The position numbers and the translations under genes are program-made. The notes beneath the pieces are model-generated. The model was given only the letters and a program-made list of their open reading frames with translations. It did not search any database and was not told where the DNA came from. 62,330 bases of DNA from Rhynchobatus australiae (lineage: Eukaryota), in assembly GCA_034780895.1 (NCBI GenBank), contig JAUZTB010000127.1, positions 51,128,997-51,191,326 on the forward strand. Direction: 5' to 3'. Shown here piece by piece: positions 23,298 through 38,200 of the stretch; within the stretch, counting starts at the first letter, position 1; each line of letters begins with the position of its first letter.

Positions 23298-26200
23298 GTG
23301 AGTTACTTATCATAAAATTATTCGGTTATCTCTTGAGAAGTTGTTTAGTTTCAATGCTGTAATGAAGAATTGACTGATATTTCGAGGCGACGTATCATCG
23401 TTTTGTACATTGAGATCTTAATCTGAACGCACAGAGTGAAGTTTTAACCCCATTCGTAAAATATAAACTACTTTTAGAAGAGAAGGTCTGTCATAAAGCC
23501 TAGAGTAGAGCATGGCGAACAAAAGCATTTATTTTTCAAGTTTGTCTTTACTTCGGAATCCAGAAAGCGAACAATGAAATGAGATTTCTAACATGCACAT
23601 TTATTGTTGTCAGTACTTTGGAATGCGTGCTTATTTCCGTTTTCATTCCATATCAGTAAAAGCGATTGACAGAGTTTGGAACCGAATGAATTCCCATTTC
23701 AGATTTTGCTCAAACAGATTGAATTTGAAATTATAACAAATGAAAGTGGGGGTTATGTGATTTAATTTTTGCGCTCGTCGCTCTTGTAATCTCAGTTCTA
23801 GATGGATTGATAATTGGAGCCTGTTCGAAGTGCAATATCGGCAGTTACATTTTTGCGTTGAATATAGCACAAGCTCCTTAGTTCTTTTTCATTTCAGAAC
23901 ACGGACTGGTTAAAGAAAACTTGAAATGTCCTTTTTTTGTCCTGAATCCGTTTGATCAATCACACGTTTTCAAAGTTGCGATATATATAGATGTTCAGTC
24001 AGCCGACAATGCAACAGAAGCCAAACAGTGAGCCTTTTTTGTCCTATTAGAGAATTTTTGAGATATTTCCACAGAACATTTGTGTTTTTCTAAGGGATAT
24101 CGGAACTGACGAGTGTGTCCTCGCGCAGGCTCCCAATGTTTGGGTTTTCTGTTGTTCATTTTTAACCCTCCTCATTTATTCTCCATTTCTCGTGGACTTG
24201 TGCTTGTTTTCATTGACTTCAATAACAAGAGCTTTTTTTTTGTTGAGCTGGAGAAATTATTGACCAGTCAGCAAGATGACAAATTAACTAGCATTTTCAG
24301 CTTCTGAATCGGAAAGAGCAAACTGAAGTTGAACTTACAGTCAGTTGGTTTGCATTCTGCTTGTCGAAGTTAGGAACAGAAATAATGGAATTCGATAATT
24401 AATTCTTCTCCATTTAAAGAGTGCAGCGCTGAGTGAGTCACAGGTCGGAGGGGATGGAAACTTAGTCAAAGCTGCATATGCTACCGATTGAACGTGCACA
24501 CACAGGTCTCTCACCGATGCTGATCATTCACAGCGCTGTTTACCCTGCAAATTTTGTCGTAAAGTACATTGTTTTAACAATCCCATTCAGTACTGTGTGA
24601 TTTATAGACACTCTACATAATCTTATCAGACGTGAAGCAAAATCTGTTTGAATTAATATTCACACTGGCAAATGTATTTTGACAATCTTGAAATAATCTT
24701 GGTGCCGACAATTCGAAAATAAATGTGGTAGTTACAGTTACCAATTGGCAAGTTGCGATCCCTTCTAAGTTCAGGACGTTTTATATTCAATAACACCAAT
24801 TCGTTATTTTTTATGTGTACTTTCATATGTTCAACTCTAATTATTTTCGAATGTACTGAGTATTCGAGCAGGTTTTTAAGAATATTTTCTACTTCTATAT
24901 GCCAGTTGAACGGTCCAACAAAAATTAAATTTAACAACAAAACTCTCCAGATGTTCTCAGTTGGTCACGAAGCGTCTGTGGAAATAGAACCTGTTCTAAG
25001 TTTTCATGTCGATGACTCTTCTTTCGAACTGCTTCAGCATCTGCAACTTTTCTTTCGTTTTCAAAAACTGAGTCTTAGATTGGAGTGGATTTATAGTCTG
25101 ATTGAAAATGTTCCATCCTGCACACACGCAATCTCACTGTCAGGTCACTATTTTACACAGAGACCGGTTTTTATTCCTCATTGCCTTTCTATTTTGCTTT
25201 CCGCGAAGTTTCTTAGTTCAGTTTTCCACTGCTGGCATTTTGCGTTTGGTTGCATTTCGTTATAAAATAAAGATCAAGAGCAAAAATAATCTGGCCTGCA
25301 ATTATTATTTCCCAAATGAACGTCTATTTATGCGAATAACAAAGCATAAATATGCTGTTTTATTTTCAGAATATGCTTTCGTTTTAGGACCATGGTATAT
25401 GTAATAACAGAAAGATGAATTTGCTTTGCAAATCACAGAGAGATAAAAATAAAACCCGGGAGTCTGCAGATGCTGGAATCTGGAGCAAACACCAAAAAAA
25501 ATGCTGGAGGAGCTCAGTCAAGCAGGCAGCATCTTGGGGAGAAATAAACAGAAGACGTATCGGTTCGAGAGCCTTCGTCCAGTCCCAATGAACGTTCTCG
25601 ACCTGATGACGACTGTATTTCTCTCCATAGTTGCTACCCGACTTGCTGAGTTCCTCCAGTATTTTGTGTGAGAGGAGAAATGAAACGCGTGTTATTGTGA
25701 TGCAACTGCACAAATATATTAATGTCAGATCATGATATTTTTGTAGGTTTAAAATTACGAGTCATGCATCAACATCCATAGAGTGTGTTCAGTCTTCAAC
25801 ACCATATAATTGAGCCATGCACTTGTACATTTCTGTTGCATATGAGCATTTTTATGAGATACCGAGTGGTGTTTCAATTTCCTTCTTGACATGCCATTCT
25901 TGTTGCTGAACTTTTTTTTGCTGTTGATGACTTTTACATTTATTGATCGCGCGTTTGGGTTTGGTGATGTGTGTTTTGACGGTTTAATTTCTTTAAATAA
26001 AAGGATATTCGCATTTTGTCATATACAGCATGTGTTCTTTCTTTGTAATCAATTAATTGTCTTGAGAAGATTTAAAGAGTGCGCTGTCGATTAATTTGAT
26101 TTGTAGGCCCATACATTAAAAAATAACTTTGATATTTGTCATGCTTTCTCTCAGTCCAGCAATTAATATTCTGACGTTTCTCATTTAATATTGATAAAAC

Positions 26201-29200
26201 GGTAACCACTTTTGAAATATTACCTCATCAAACCCACGGATGTGCTAAATTTCAATGTATAATTTGCAGCCGGTTTGCAGTAGATTAGCGCCATTACGAC
26301 TTAATTTCGGGGTGACAGGAATCCAGCCAAATGTGATGCATGAGCGGGAGTTCAGGAGATACGACAGAGGTCACAGAAGATTAGCTCAATTGATTTTAAT
26401 GGCGGAGAGAAATACGAATAACAGGGCTTCGCCTTTTTCAGCACAGTTTCTCTGGCCATCAAAGAATTCGAAAAGGAGTGACTGTGAAGTAATTTTCATA
26501 ATGTACAGGGAACATCAGGAAACTTGGGGTGGACTCCCGTGAAATGATCCTTGTTATCCAGAGATGAGGTGGTTGGACATTTCGAGCTAATACATTACTT
26601 GTGGCTGCCATCACTATTTGTTTATTGTGGATTACCCATTGCGAGGGAGGGCACAGGAGTTCTGGGGAGTGAGCGGAACCCAGGAAAAGCGTTAATGACT
26701 GAATGGGAAAAACATTTCCCACTGAGGAATGAAATAATCAGAAATACTGAAATATATACTTCGAGAAAAAACAAGCTCAGGTTTCTTATCAACAGAATTC
26801 GACTGCCTTTACTAAGTGGAGGTCGTTATTTGTCCTTTTGAATAATTACCATGTAAATAAAGACAACGAACTCAACTTCTTTAGAAATATTTATCTGCGT
26901 CTTGAGTTATAAACACTCCAACGAGCTCCTGAAAATGGTCAATGCCCGTTCTCCCTTTGCTAATTCACTCCAATACCCGATCATCTCTGTACACCGGTGC
27001 TTTGAAAATCGACGTCAACTATGTGAACATACCGCCATTTTTCAAGTTACTTAATAACCTCACAGATTCAGCCCAGGTGTCAGCAATCGATCAAAGCACT
27101 TTCCGTTGCACATTGCGCATGTTGTAACTTCATTGCAGCCCAGAATAAATTTTCGGTTTCGTATGAAACCAAGAGTTAAAGGAGCCCAGCTTCACTCTTC
27201 TGCAACGGTCCAGAAATGCTCCCCGAGCAAAAGAATGCAACATTGAGTTTGCTTATTTTTATGACTTGTCTTTTTAACAGTTAGATTCATTTCATGGCGG
27301 GCAGCTTCAGCGAATACTAATNNNNNNNNNNNNNNNNNNNNNNNNNNNNNNNNNNNNNNNNNNNNNNNNNNNNNNNNNNNNNNNNNNNNNNNNNNNNNNN
27401 NNNNNNNNNNNNNNNNNNNNNGAGTTTGCTTATTTTTATGACTTGTCTTTTTAACAGTTAGATTCATTTCATGGCGGGCAGCTTCAGCGAATACTAATTC
27501 TAAATTTCTCCTTTCAGGCAGCCCCGTGGATTGTCAGGCTGACCCAGCAGGTAATACTGAGTTATATTCACTGAGATAATGTTTGGTGAGGAGCGATTCA
27601 TTGTAAAGAAAGATCCTTATTTTTAGTTAGGATGCTGCTGCTGCCTTCAAACCTCATTGAGGTCCCTGAGTGAACAACACCAGTCGCACTGTTGTTCGGA
27701 GCGCAAAGACGCTCACTGCTCAACTTAACAGTCATTGCTGTGGTGGAGATCGCCTGTGAAACCAACCTGGTTCTTCCTCATTGACCTGAAGGTTTGGAAT
27801 GTCATCCACACCATTCAGTGGCTGGGCACTCGCTGACAGGTCACTCATCACACGTTAACTAGGCTTTCATTTGTCGTCCCTCGCCCACTCTGTCCTCGGT
27901 GGAACGCCTATGGTGCAGAAGATCACCAGCCGACTCCCGATTTCTTGATGTTTGCGTAGATCGCGATGTATTTACGTTTCATTAGGGGTTTGGCCACACA
28001 CGGATATTACCGATGAACATCCCATGCCCGCGTTCACTGCGGAATATGGAGCGTAAGCTCACTGACACCTCAATACAATATAACAGACTTTTCTGCTATT
28101 TTCCAGAAAGCGTCGAGTTGCGGCTGGTGAATGGGGGCAGTCCGTGCGCCGGGAGACTGGAGATCCGATACAAGGGACAGTGGGGAACTGTGCAAGATTC
28201 GTCATGGGACCTGCCGGATGCCACTGTCGTTTGTCGAGAGCTGGACTGCGGAATTGCACTGGCCGCACCGCTCAAGGCTCATTTTGGGGAAGGATCAGGA
28301 CCCATTATGACAGGGAATGTTCAGTGTGATGGGAGCGAGGCCGCTCTTCGGGAGTGTGTCTCAGCAACATGGGAGCACTATGGGGCTTCGCACACGCGTG
28401 ATGCTGGCGTCATCTGTGCAGGTAAAATTCTGCATTTTGTTTCTTTCCCCCGAATTTGCTGGATTCCGTGAATTTTCGGAAGTAAAATATCCCGAGCTTA
28501 GAAATGGATGTGAGAATCAGCCACACCGACTGCGAACGAAATCAGGCGGCATCTATGGAGAGAGCAACAAAACTAACGCTTCAGATCTACGAAATTGCAT
28601 CAGAAATGGTAGCGATGTTTTCATGAAACACGATCGATATCGACTCTTTTCCCTCTTTGCAGATGCTACACTATCTGCCGGGTGTCCCTTTCTGTTTTTC
28701 TTCATAGTTCTAATATCTGCAGCGAATATCCTAACCAGCAGGAAATGTTATCAGCTCCATCCAACATCCCATTCTCAAATAAACAGCATTTACCGGACAT
28801 GCGCATTGAGCTCAGATTGGACCCGAATTCGTAACTATCTTGGGGTCATGAAAAATCCTGTATTAATAATATATGCCGGCTTTCCCGGTGGCAGCCGGAT
28901 CCTTACTTTATTAAAATTTCATAATAAAGACCTCAACTCGGTGATGGCACATTTCGTGTCTCCTGTACGTTCCACGAAGTATTTCCCAGTTGATAACAGA
29001 TAATTAGCTTTATCCAGGCTGCATGTTGGTTTGTTCTCCTAAAACTACAAAATGACCAGTGCGACACACATCCAATCTCCTGACAAATGCAGCACGAAAT
29101 ATCACAATAACTATTTGGTAGTTTATAAATAACTCCAACGAATATTTTCTGCGTTTTCGTTTTTATCAGGACTATCCTCAGTTGATTCCAACATTGCACC

Positions 29201-32200
29201 ATGATCGGTAATGTCAAGATAATTTCATAATACTGCACAATCGTCTTCCTTATTAATCGCAATATTACCGCATTTTCCTTTTACCATTCCGTCATTTTCC
29301 TTCCATTTGTGTCATTTATGTTTTCACCTTGTTGGAAATGTATACATTCAAACACAGCGACCTTCCTTTTGATAGCTTAAGATTGTTTATTGTATTTTCA
29401 CACTCTGTTGTTCAACGTTGTTTCTTTTTTCGTCTGTTTATTTTATTCGCTGCTTTCCTCAATTCCTTATCTTGGTTTCATTCTCATTCCTGAATTCAGT
29501 TTGGGATTCCTATTTATCTGCAAAGCTGGTACAAAATTTCCCAAATACATTGGTAAACTCCTCGGCAAGTATCTTGCTCTCGGCCCGGTAGAGGTGCAAC
29601 TTATCAGCGTTTTACATTTTATACTTGCTCTGTTACAGTTCCAGTGCCTCGGAAATGTAAAGCCCAGTGACCTGAGCTTTCTCTCCAGTTATACATTCCC
29701 TTTAGCTATCGTCTAATTTGGCTGCCTTGTAACACATCCTGTTTTAGGGTTCTGTTTTTCAAGCTCTGTCCTAGGTATTGGAACTATACCTGTAAGACAT
29801 CATCCCTTTTGCATTGATGCTTTGATAGTGATATGTACGCAGTCATCTGGCTGTTCGCTTTTACTTTCCAGGACTCTACATTCAGTCATTGATACCCTTG
29901 GTCCTAACACGAGTGAAGTTGTGTGCCATCCTGGAGCCTAGTTTGGGCCATAAAAACGTCCACTTGTCCTTGAAATCATTAATTCCCTGTGAGAACTTCC
30001 AGCAGCTTTTTCCACTCCAGTGCAGCTGACCCACTCACGGTGTCATGATGCAGCTTCTGAATACGTTGAATTGGGGAACCATCACCACCTTTGAATGTTA
30101 CCCAAAAACAAATATGTGTGGAAATTAATTAGGCTAGAAGGCCCTTCCAATATATCTCCCCATAGTATGTATGATCGTCACCTATGACTTTCTACCTTTT
30201 GAAGCTTATGCTCTTGAGCGACAAACTCCCTAAAGGTATTATCCACGAATTTGTCAGTCTCAGGGATACTACAGAGAGTTTCTGGCACCACTCTAGCTTC
30301 AAAACACGCAGCTACGTTCTCCCAGACGCTGAGGTATGCACTAACACCCACATACAGGAGGTGTATTCCTGTCGGAAAAAAAATCATTAATGGCCTACAA
30401 ACGGTAAAGTATCAATAACTATAATGTTACATGCTTCAAGATCTTTCAAGAAACTGAAATGTACAATCAACCGAACGCTTCTAATGATTTAATATTTGCA
30501 ATCAATTGAGAAATTGTGTAGTCACATTAAAGCTTACTATGGTTTTTTTTTGCTTCACCCCCAATTTACGAACCATTGTCACCATGGAACACCACAGGTA
30601 CCCTCATGGGACGGAGGGAATTTTGGTCGGATTTATTTGTATGCTATTTAAGACAAATATCCTCTAAAACTAAAAGGGTCTCCTCCCTGAGCCGGACACT
30701 TCTGGTCACACCCATCTCCAACTCCCTTCATCCCCGAGTAGGGTATCCTAGACGTCTCCTGAAATTGGACACAGAGCTGAAATTAAAAGTAAAACCGAAC
30801 ACTTGGTAAACGATCCAGATTGTCTCCATTTTTGAAATCCCCCAGAATAGAGCAGAGATTGAGAATATTCAGAAGCGAAATATTTTGTTGGAGGGCACTT
30901 TATTGCCATAATTAACGAAGGGACGGAGTGTTTTTTTGTCCCGTTTACAAAGGAGGCGGATTGAGCCGCAGTGACCAGAGTAAGCGAACAGAGTAGGCTC
31001 ACTGAGGGGTTGGTTATGAGTTCTCTTAAAATGAACAGTTTCCAACTGTGGCTCTCTAAAAATATTGCTTCAGGACATATAGCGGCGTTGCAACGTCATT
31101 CCATCTCTTGCTAATTATTTGACCTATTGTGAAGTTGCGAGTGCTGGAAACATCAGAAATGTCCCAGCCACTCCCACCCCGCCCAGAGGCAGCAATGGGA
31201 ACAGCCACAGAACAACATGTCTTGAATGTTTCATTTCTTTGACACTTCAAGAGATATTTCAAAAATAGAAATTCGGAGGGAAGATAAAAGCGGGGATGTT
31301 CTGATATATGTGTATAATCCCAGGAAAATATTGCTTATAAATCTTGGATTTTGCACGCGGGCAATCGTCGTTTGATACGGTTATCAAGTATTTAGTTTGC
31401 ATGTCTCCTATTCTGGCGTCATTATTTTCTGATCTGCAATGTCTGATGAATGAACATTAATGCTCCTGGAGAAATCTTTTGGACTACTTGTACCCGATCG
31501 GGAGGGCTTACAAGAGTGTTTTGCAGATATCCTGAATATACAGCGTGTCTGCCGTTCCTTGATAACCCACGTATATGCAATTAAATTTCGACACGCCAAT
31601 ATCTGTCACCGGGAATTTTCAGAAATTCGCAGATTCATAACTGATGAAGATCTTTTAAGACGCAGATAGAGTTTGTTGTACATGTCACTTCAAGGTTCAC
31701 AACCATTAAGAAACAATTAACCCATCTAAAAGAAACCGCCATTAACTATGCAGCCGAAAACACAAGCTGGAAATGCCCACTTTTTCCCAAAGAAGCTTCC
31801 AAAATTGCACCTCTCCCCTCATCAGCACACATCCTAAACACACTCATTTAAGGATTACTTCCTTGGCTGGAAACATTTGACGAATGGGATTAAATAGTAA
31901 TGTTTTGACGTTGAGTTCACAGTCATTTTTAAGATTGAAAATGCTGACTGATTTTTGTCCAATTCACAGAATCTCGAAAATACAGGCTGGTGAATGCAAG
32001 CAGTCCGTGTGCAGGCAGGCTAGAGGTTTATGCGAGTGGAAGCTGGAGGACAATTTGTGGTCATAAGTCCTGGTCCGGACCGTTTAGTGACGATGTCTGT
32101 AAGGAACTGTCATGTGGCTCTACAACAGTTGTTTCACTCGCGACTCACTTCGGTAAAGGTTCAGGGCCAGTCATTGGTCCAACTGCGTGCGGACACCAAC

Positions 32201-35200
32201 AGGACCTTGAAATCGTCTGTTCAGGTACAGTCTCTGTTGTTTTCAAAACAAAAAACATTATTTTGTTAGCAAGAAAGTATCTGCGCCCGCCTCTACATGG
32301 ATAGTAACATACAGGAAAGATGCACATCTTCATGAAAAGTAGGGTCTCAACCGGGAATTTGGGTTGAAATTTTGTCAATTATCTAGAAGTTAATGCAATT
32401 TCAAACTGAATATTTGTTTAAAATCACCGCAGAATTTACTTTTGGTGTCATTTCGCGATTCTGTGGGAGGACAAGTAGCTCACCGAAACAGAAATATGAA
32501 GCAGATAGTTGATCTGGATTTCACGTCTAAAATAGATTGATTAGCAATGAGGATTATTGTCTTCCTGAGAGATGACACTTTGCTGATATCTGCTGTCTCA
32601 GCTGCTCATCAGACTCTCACTGAACAGGTTACAGTGGTGGGGGTTTGGGTTGGGAATGGATATTTCTAAGCGTTGCAAGTGAATATCAATGAGGTTGTTG
32701 TCGAACGAGCTTTGACTGAGGAAATTCAGTAAGTTCAAGTACTGTTCTGCTTGAGCTAATTTGCTGTCCTTCCATTTCATCGTTTAAAAACTTGCGTTTT
32801 TGATGTTATTTTGGATTTGCGTGACACAAATACTTGATTGTTTCCCACCAGTTAAGGATATTATCTTCTTTTCTATCTTTTTTTTCATAGTAGGGGAACG
32901 AAGGGTAACGGGGAGGCAGGTGGAGTTGAGTCCACGGCCGGATCAGCCATGGTCTTATTGAATGGCGGAGTCGGCTCGACGGGCCAGATGGCCGACTCCT
33001 GCTCCTAATTCTTATAATATAATGTTATCTATCACATGCCAACTTCGTTCCAATTCTCTTGAACGTTTTGCATCTCTATATTTATTTTCTCAATTTTCCA
33101 TTTGGCTTCCTCCAACCAGCAAATTAATAGATTGCATACAGTGGTGACCTCATGGAGGTTTATGAAATGATGAGGCATAGATCAGGTGAATAACCAGCAT
33201 ATTTGCCAGGGTAGGGGAGTCCAAATCTAGAGGGCATAGATTTAAAGGGAGCGGGGAGAGATTTCAAAGGGACCGGAGGGCAACATTTTTCGCAAAGGTC
33301 GTAGTGCATCCATGGAAGAATCTGACAGAGGAAATGGTAGAAGCGGGGAAACTTATGATATTTAAAGGACATTTGGAGAACTTCATACAGATGAAAGGTT
33401 CGGAGCGATAAGGGGCAAATGCAGGCAAACTGCATAAGCTCACTTGGGCAACTTGGTCTGCATGGACAAGTTGGACCGAGGAGCTTGTTGTCAGTGCTGT
33501 ACAAATCTGTGCTCTGTGATTATATCCCTCTTGGTTCAAGATGACCAATTTTTTTTTCTGTTAGCTACTGCAACAACAGCATCCTCGCAACATGAAAACT
33601 TTTTTTTACTCTCAAATGCATGCTCATATTTTACAACAGACTGCGGGGTGACTTATTTTGTGCAACAAACTTTGGTGTGGCATCATCTTGATCACTTTGT
33701 GGAACATACCGAAATATTAAAAACTTGTTTTCATTCAGCAGAGGGGAAATGCTCTAATGTTTCCAGGAGTTAAAGGTAATTTCTCAAAAGCTTGCTAAAT
33801 AATTACTGGGCAAGACATAGTGGGTGGAACCATGACCTTTCTATTTCTCAGAATATCCAGAAAGAGGGACCATAACTTCGAAATACGGATTAGTTAATTC
33901 GGGTCTGTGGTGAAACGAAATTTGTTCACTCACTGTGGAGTGAATCTTTGAAATTCTTGATCCAATTGGTGTTTCTATACCCAGCCGTTGAATTTTTTTC
34001 AATAGAGAGATCCATCAGTTTTTGGTTTGACAGGGAACCAAGCGAAGTGAGTTCAGTCGAGGAAACTGGTACTGAGATTATTTTTAAAATCGCCATGGTT
34101 TTATTGGATTGCTGAGAAAGTGCGAGGTGCTAAATTCCGATTTCTTTTGCCATGCTTATGTTACTGGCCAGTGACATCGAGAACAACTTTCAGCATGGTC
34201 ACATATTTTCTTTTCCCTCCGAAAAAATAAATAACCTATCCCGCCATCCTTTCTGGATTCCAAGAATTTCCTGACAGCGATTCAGTTGGATTCTCATCTG
34301 TCAGCGTGACTTTATATTTAAGTTCACCTACTATGCTGTTACTGCAAAACGCAAATTTTCTTGGTAATTATACGCGGGTAATTATACGAATAACAATAAA
34401 TGAAATGGAATCTGACATTTGACAGTTGCAGATGTTTCAGGATCTTTAAAGAAATTGGTTCGATTTGGAAGGTTATCACTTACAGCGGCTGGCACAGCAG
34501 CAACTACTTAAACATTTTGGATGCAGGCCATCAGATCTGATTGATATGTTGACTGCATATCAAATCATATCTTAAGTGTTTTCTTTTGCAATGTTTTAAC
34601 TAACATGTTCCTNNNNNNNNNNNNNNNNNNNNNNNNNNNNNNNNNNNNNNNNNNNNNNNNNNNNNNNNNNNNNNNNNNNNNNNNNNNNNNNNNNNNNNNN
34701 NNNNNNNNNNNNTCTGATTGATATGTTGACTGCATATCAAATCATATCTTAAGTGTTTTCTTTTGCAATGTTTTAACTAACATGTTCCTCACTCGACAGT
34801 ACTTGAAAAATGCGAAGTCGTAAAATGTTATGTTTTTACTTTTTTCAACATCAACTGTTTTCTAGTGGAAAATCTATGATAGTGTTTCTGAAAAATGTTT
34901 GATGCAGTTTTTCGGCTGGGAAATTTCTTAATATGATCAGGACCTCTTTTAATGCCTCAGCCATCTTTCCTCCGTTTTTCCTGCGAGATTTGTGCATACA
35001 ATACTGAAAATAAATGCAACTACACACAATGGCGTGCAAACATATCGAATTGTTAGAAAATCACGGCATTAAATGTTGATACCTTTTATTCACTTGGAAT
35101 TCAGCATTTCAGAGAAACCTTTTGGTATGTTTTAAGTGAGGCCACATATTTTTAAAATGTAGGCACCATTTGCCTGGTCCATGTTTGGCCAATTCCTTCA

Positions 35201-38200
35201 ATTTTATTGTACTCATTACGTTCCCATAGTAAACAGCAGATTGCAGTAGATTATTTTATCATTTAACGAGGTATCTCTTTCTCTATTTTAATGAATTTGC
35301 ATATTCCAGAAAATATATTTGAAGCATCGTTTCAGTGAGCACACATTATTGAGTTTTCTGTTCCTGTGGTGTCGTTGGAAACGTTTTTATCAGCATAATA
35401 ATATTTGACAACGATACATAGGAAGAATTTCTAATATGCAGTCTCTTTTACTGCTTGAATTTAGTTGCAGACATTGATCAGAAACCACATTGTCAGAGAG
35501 AAACGTAATGCAATGGAAATTAGGTTTTGAGTGCAAGTTCACGGAGTACTGAATATTCAGTATTACAGTTGATGCAGAGAAAACAAAACTTGTTTTATTT
35601 TTACCTCAGGTCCAGACATTATTAACTCCAGAAACGTGCCTCTAATATTGAAAACAATTTTGTCTGCAACCCCACTGATGCGAATATTTGATAGACCTAT
35701 GATTTGCTGTAGACTAGAGTCAAAGGCGAAACACCCTCTAATTATTTGATTGACATTATTTCACTTTAGACAATAGGATCACTAAGATTGTTGTTATATA
35801 TAACCACTGATCCAACGGATGTGAATATTTGAAAGCAATTGTATCGGCGTATTTCCTTTGGATCTTCAAGTTTATTTTCAAAAGCAACNNNNNNNNNNNN
35901 NNNNNNNNNNNNNNNNNNNNNNNNNNNNNNNNNNNNNNNNNNNNNNNNNNNNNNNNNNNNNNNNNNNNNNNNNNNNNNNNNNNNNNNNTCTGATTGATAT
36001 GTTGACTGCATATCAAATCATATCTTAAGTGTTTTCTTTTGCAATGTTTTAACTAACATGTTCCTAACTCGACAGTACTTGAAAAATGCTAAGTCGTAAA
36101 ATGTTATGTTTTTACTCTTTATAACATCAACTGATTTCTAGTGGAAAATCCATGGTAGTGTTTCTGAAAAATGTTCAATGCAGAGCTTCGGCTGGCTGAT
36201 TTCTTAATATGATCAGGACCTCTTTTAATGCCTCACCCCTCATTCCTCCGTTTTTTCTGCGAGATTTGTGCATACAATACTGAAAATAAATGCAAATGCA
36301 CACAATGGAGTGCAAACATATCGAATTGTTTGAAAATCACGGCATTAAATGTTGACAACTTTTATTCCTTTGGAATTCAGCATTTCAGAGAGACCTTTTG
36401 ATATGTTTTAAGTGAGGCCACATATTTTTAAAATGTAGGGGTCACTTGCCTGGTCCATGCTGGGCCAATTCCTTCAATTTTATTGGACACATTTCGTTCC
36501 CAGAGTAAACAGCAGATTACAGTATATTATTTTAGCATTTAACGAGGTATCTCTTTCTCTATTTTAATGGATTTGCACATTCCAGAAAGTATATTTGAAA
36601 CATCGTTTCAGTAAGCACACATTATTGAGTTTTCCGTCCCTGTGGTGTCGTTGGAAACGTTTTGATCAGAGTAGTAATATTTGACAACGATACATGGAAA
36701 GAATTTCTAATATGCAGTCTCCTTTACTGTTTGAATTTAGTTGCAGACGTTGATCAGAAACCACATTTACAGAGATAAATGTTATGCAATGGAAGTAGGG
36801 TTTTTGAGTGCTAATTCACGGAGTACTGAATATTCCGTATTACAGTTGATGCAGACAAAAAAACTTGTTTTATGTTTACCTCAGGTCCGGTCATTATTAA
36901 CTCCAGAAACTTGCCTCTAATATTGAAAACAATTATGTCTGCAACCCCACGGATGCGAATAGTTGATAGACTTATCGCTTGCTGTAGACTAGAGTCAAAG
37001 GCGAAATACCCTCCAATTATTTGAGTGACATTATTTCTCTTTAGACAATAGGATCGATAAGATTGATGTCATATGTAACCGCTGATCCAACGGATGGGCA
37101 TATTTGAAAACAATTGTATCGGCGTATTTCCTTTCGATCTTCAAGTTTATTTTCAAAAACAACTTCAAATTTGTCAGAGTACAGATTTAGGACACAGGAG
37201 ATTTACAAGCTTTGAAATGTATTTAAATACTGGAAATACTCTAACAAAAATGACTTCCTTTGAGATACAAAGGTTTTAAGTTTATATTGCACCATGCACT
37301 GATGAGATTTCATCCCATGTGATCGCTCCCTTTTAATATTTACCCTGGATCGCAGCCCCCCTGTCGCATCAGGAACAATGTAGCCCATACCATGTCCATT
37401 TTGGAGCAAGGTTTCATAACAAACCTATGAAAGAATGACATATACATAAGCAGAGGACGGGTAAACATTAAAAAGAGCATTCTAACTGTAAATGGGGCCT
37501 TGTGATTGTATTGCCTACCGGCCAGACGTTTTCAGTCTCGCACGATATGACGATACAATGTCCTCTGTAATTATTTCTACCTGATGGAGCAGAATGCATT
37601 GTATCTGTTATTAAAGCCATTATTAATTGCTTACCAATCGTAAATGGTGATTTGCATTTGGCAGTGCAATGGTGTTACCCTAGGGAAGGCTGCTGCGTCC
37701 ATGCCAGCTCACAGTTGAGCTCCCAGTCGAACAAGCCCATCAGCATCATTCCATCTGTTATTTCATTTCGACCGTCAAAGTCTTTCTCTCTTATATTCTT
37801 GTTAACTACCTTCAGATTCTTTATTGAAACTTCTCTGCATTGGAAGTAATTTACATTGACCTGTGAAAATAACAACACATATATTGGGTTCATGGAAGTG
37901 CGATGGGACTAGGTGGTATTTCAAATATCTGGGACAAAAATACCGTTGGAGGGAGAATGTGCAAACTCCGCACAGTCAACACCTGAGATCAGGATGGAAC
38001 CTGGGTTACTGGACCTGTGAAGCAGCGGGACCATCTGCTGCGTCATAACACAGTGCTGGCCGTACTTGAAATTATCGTCATTTTTATGCTGAGGCCACAC
38101 CTCAGTTTGATTGGAAGAATGATGTTGGCTTTTGAAAACATGAGATTTCCAACAACCGTTTGGAAAGGGTTGTGACATTGCTACTCAGAAGCACAAAAAC

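Noticed and set aside
24753-25265. 170-aa F/L/S-rich ORF
   Set aside because: It has the composition of T-rich intron 1 sequence and no motif.
27244-27499. Identical ~78-bp repeats on either side of a 100-N gap (also at about 34537/34713, 57474/57651 and 61266/61444)
   Set aside because: Exact duplicates that abut fixed-size gaps are unmerged contig overlaps, not biology. This includes the apparent duplicate of the last exon's 3' end.
28317-29003. 228-aa ORF overlapping SRCR1
   Set aside because: It is out of frame with the SRCR exon, runs into intron, and has no recognisable domain.
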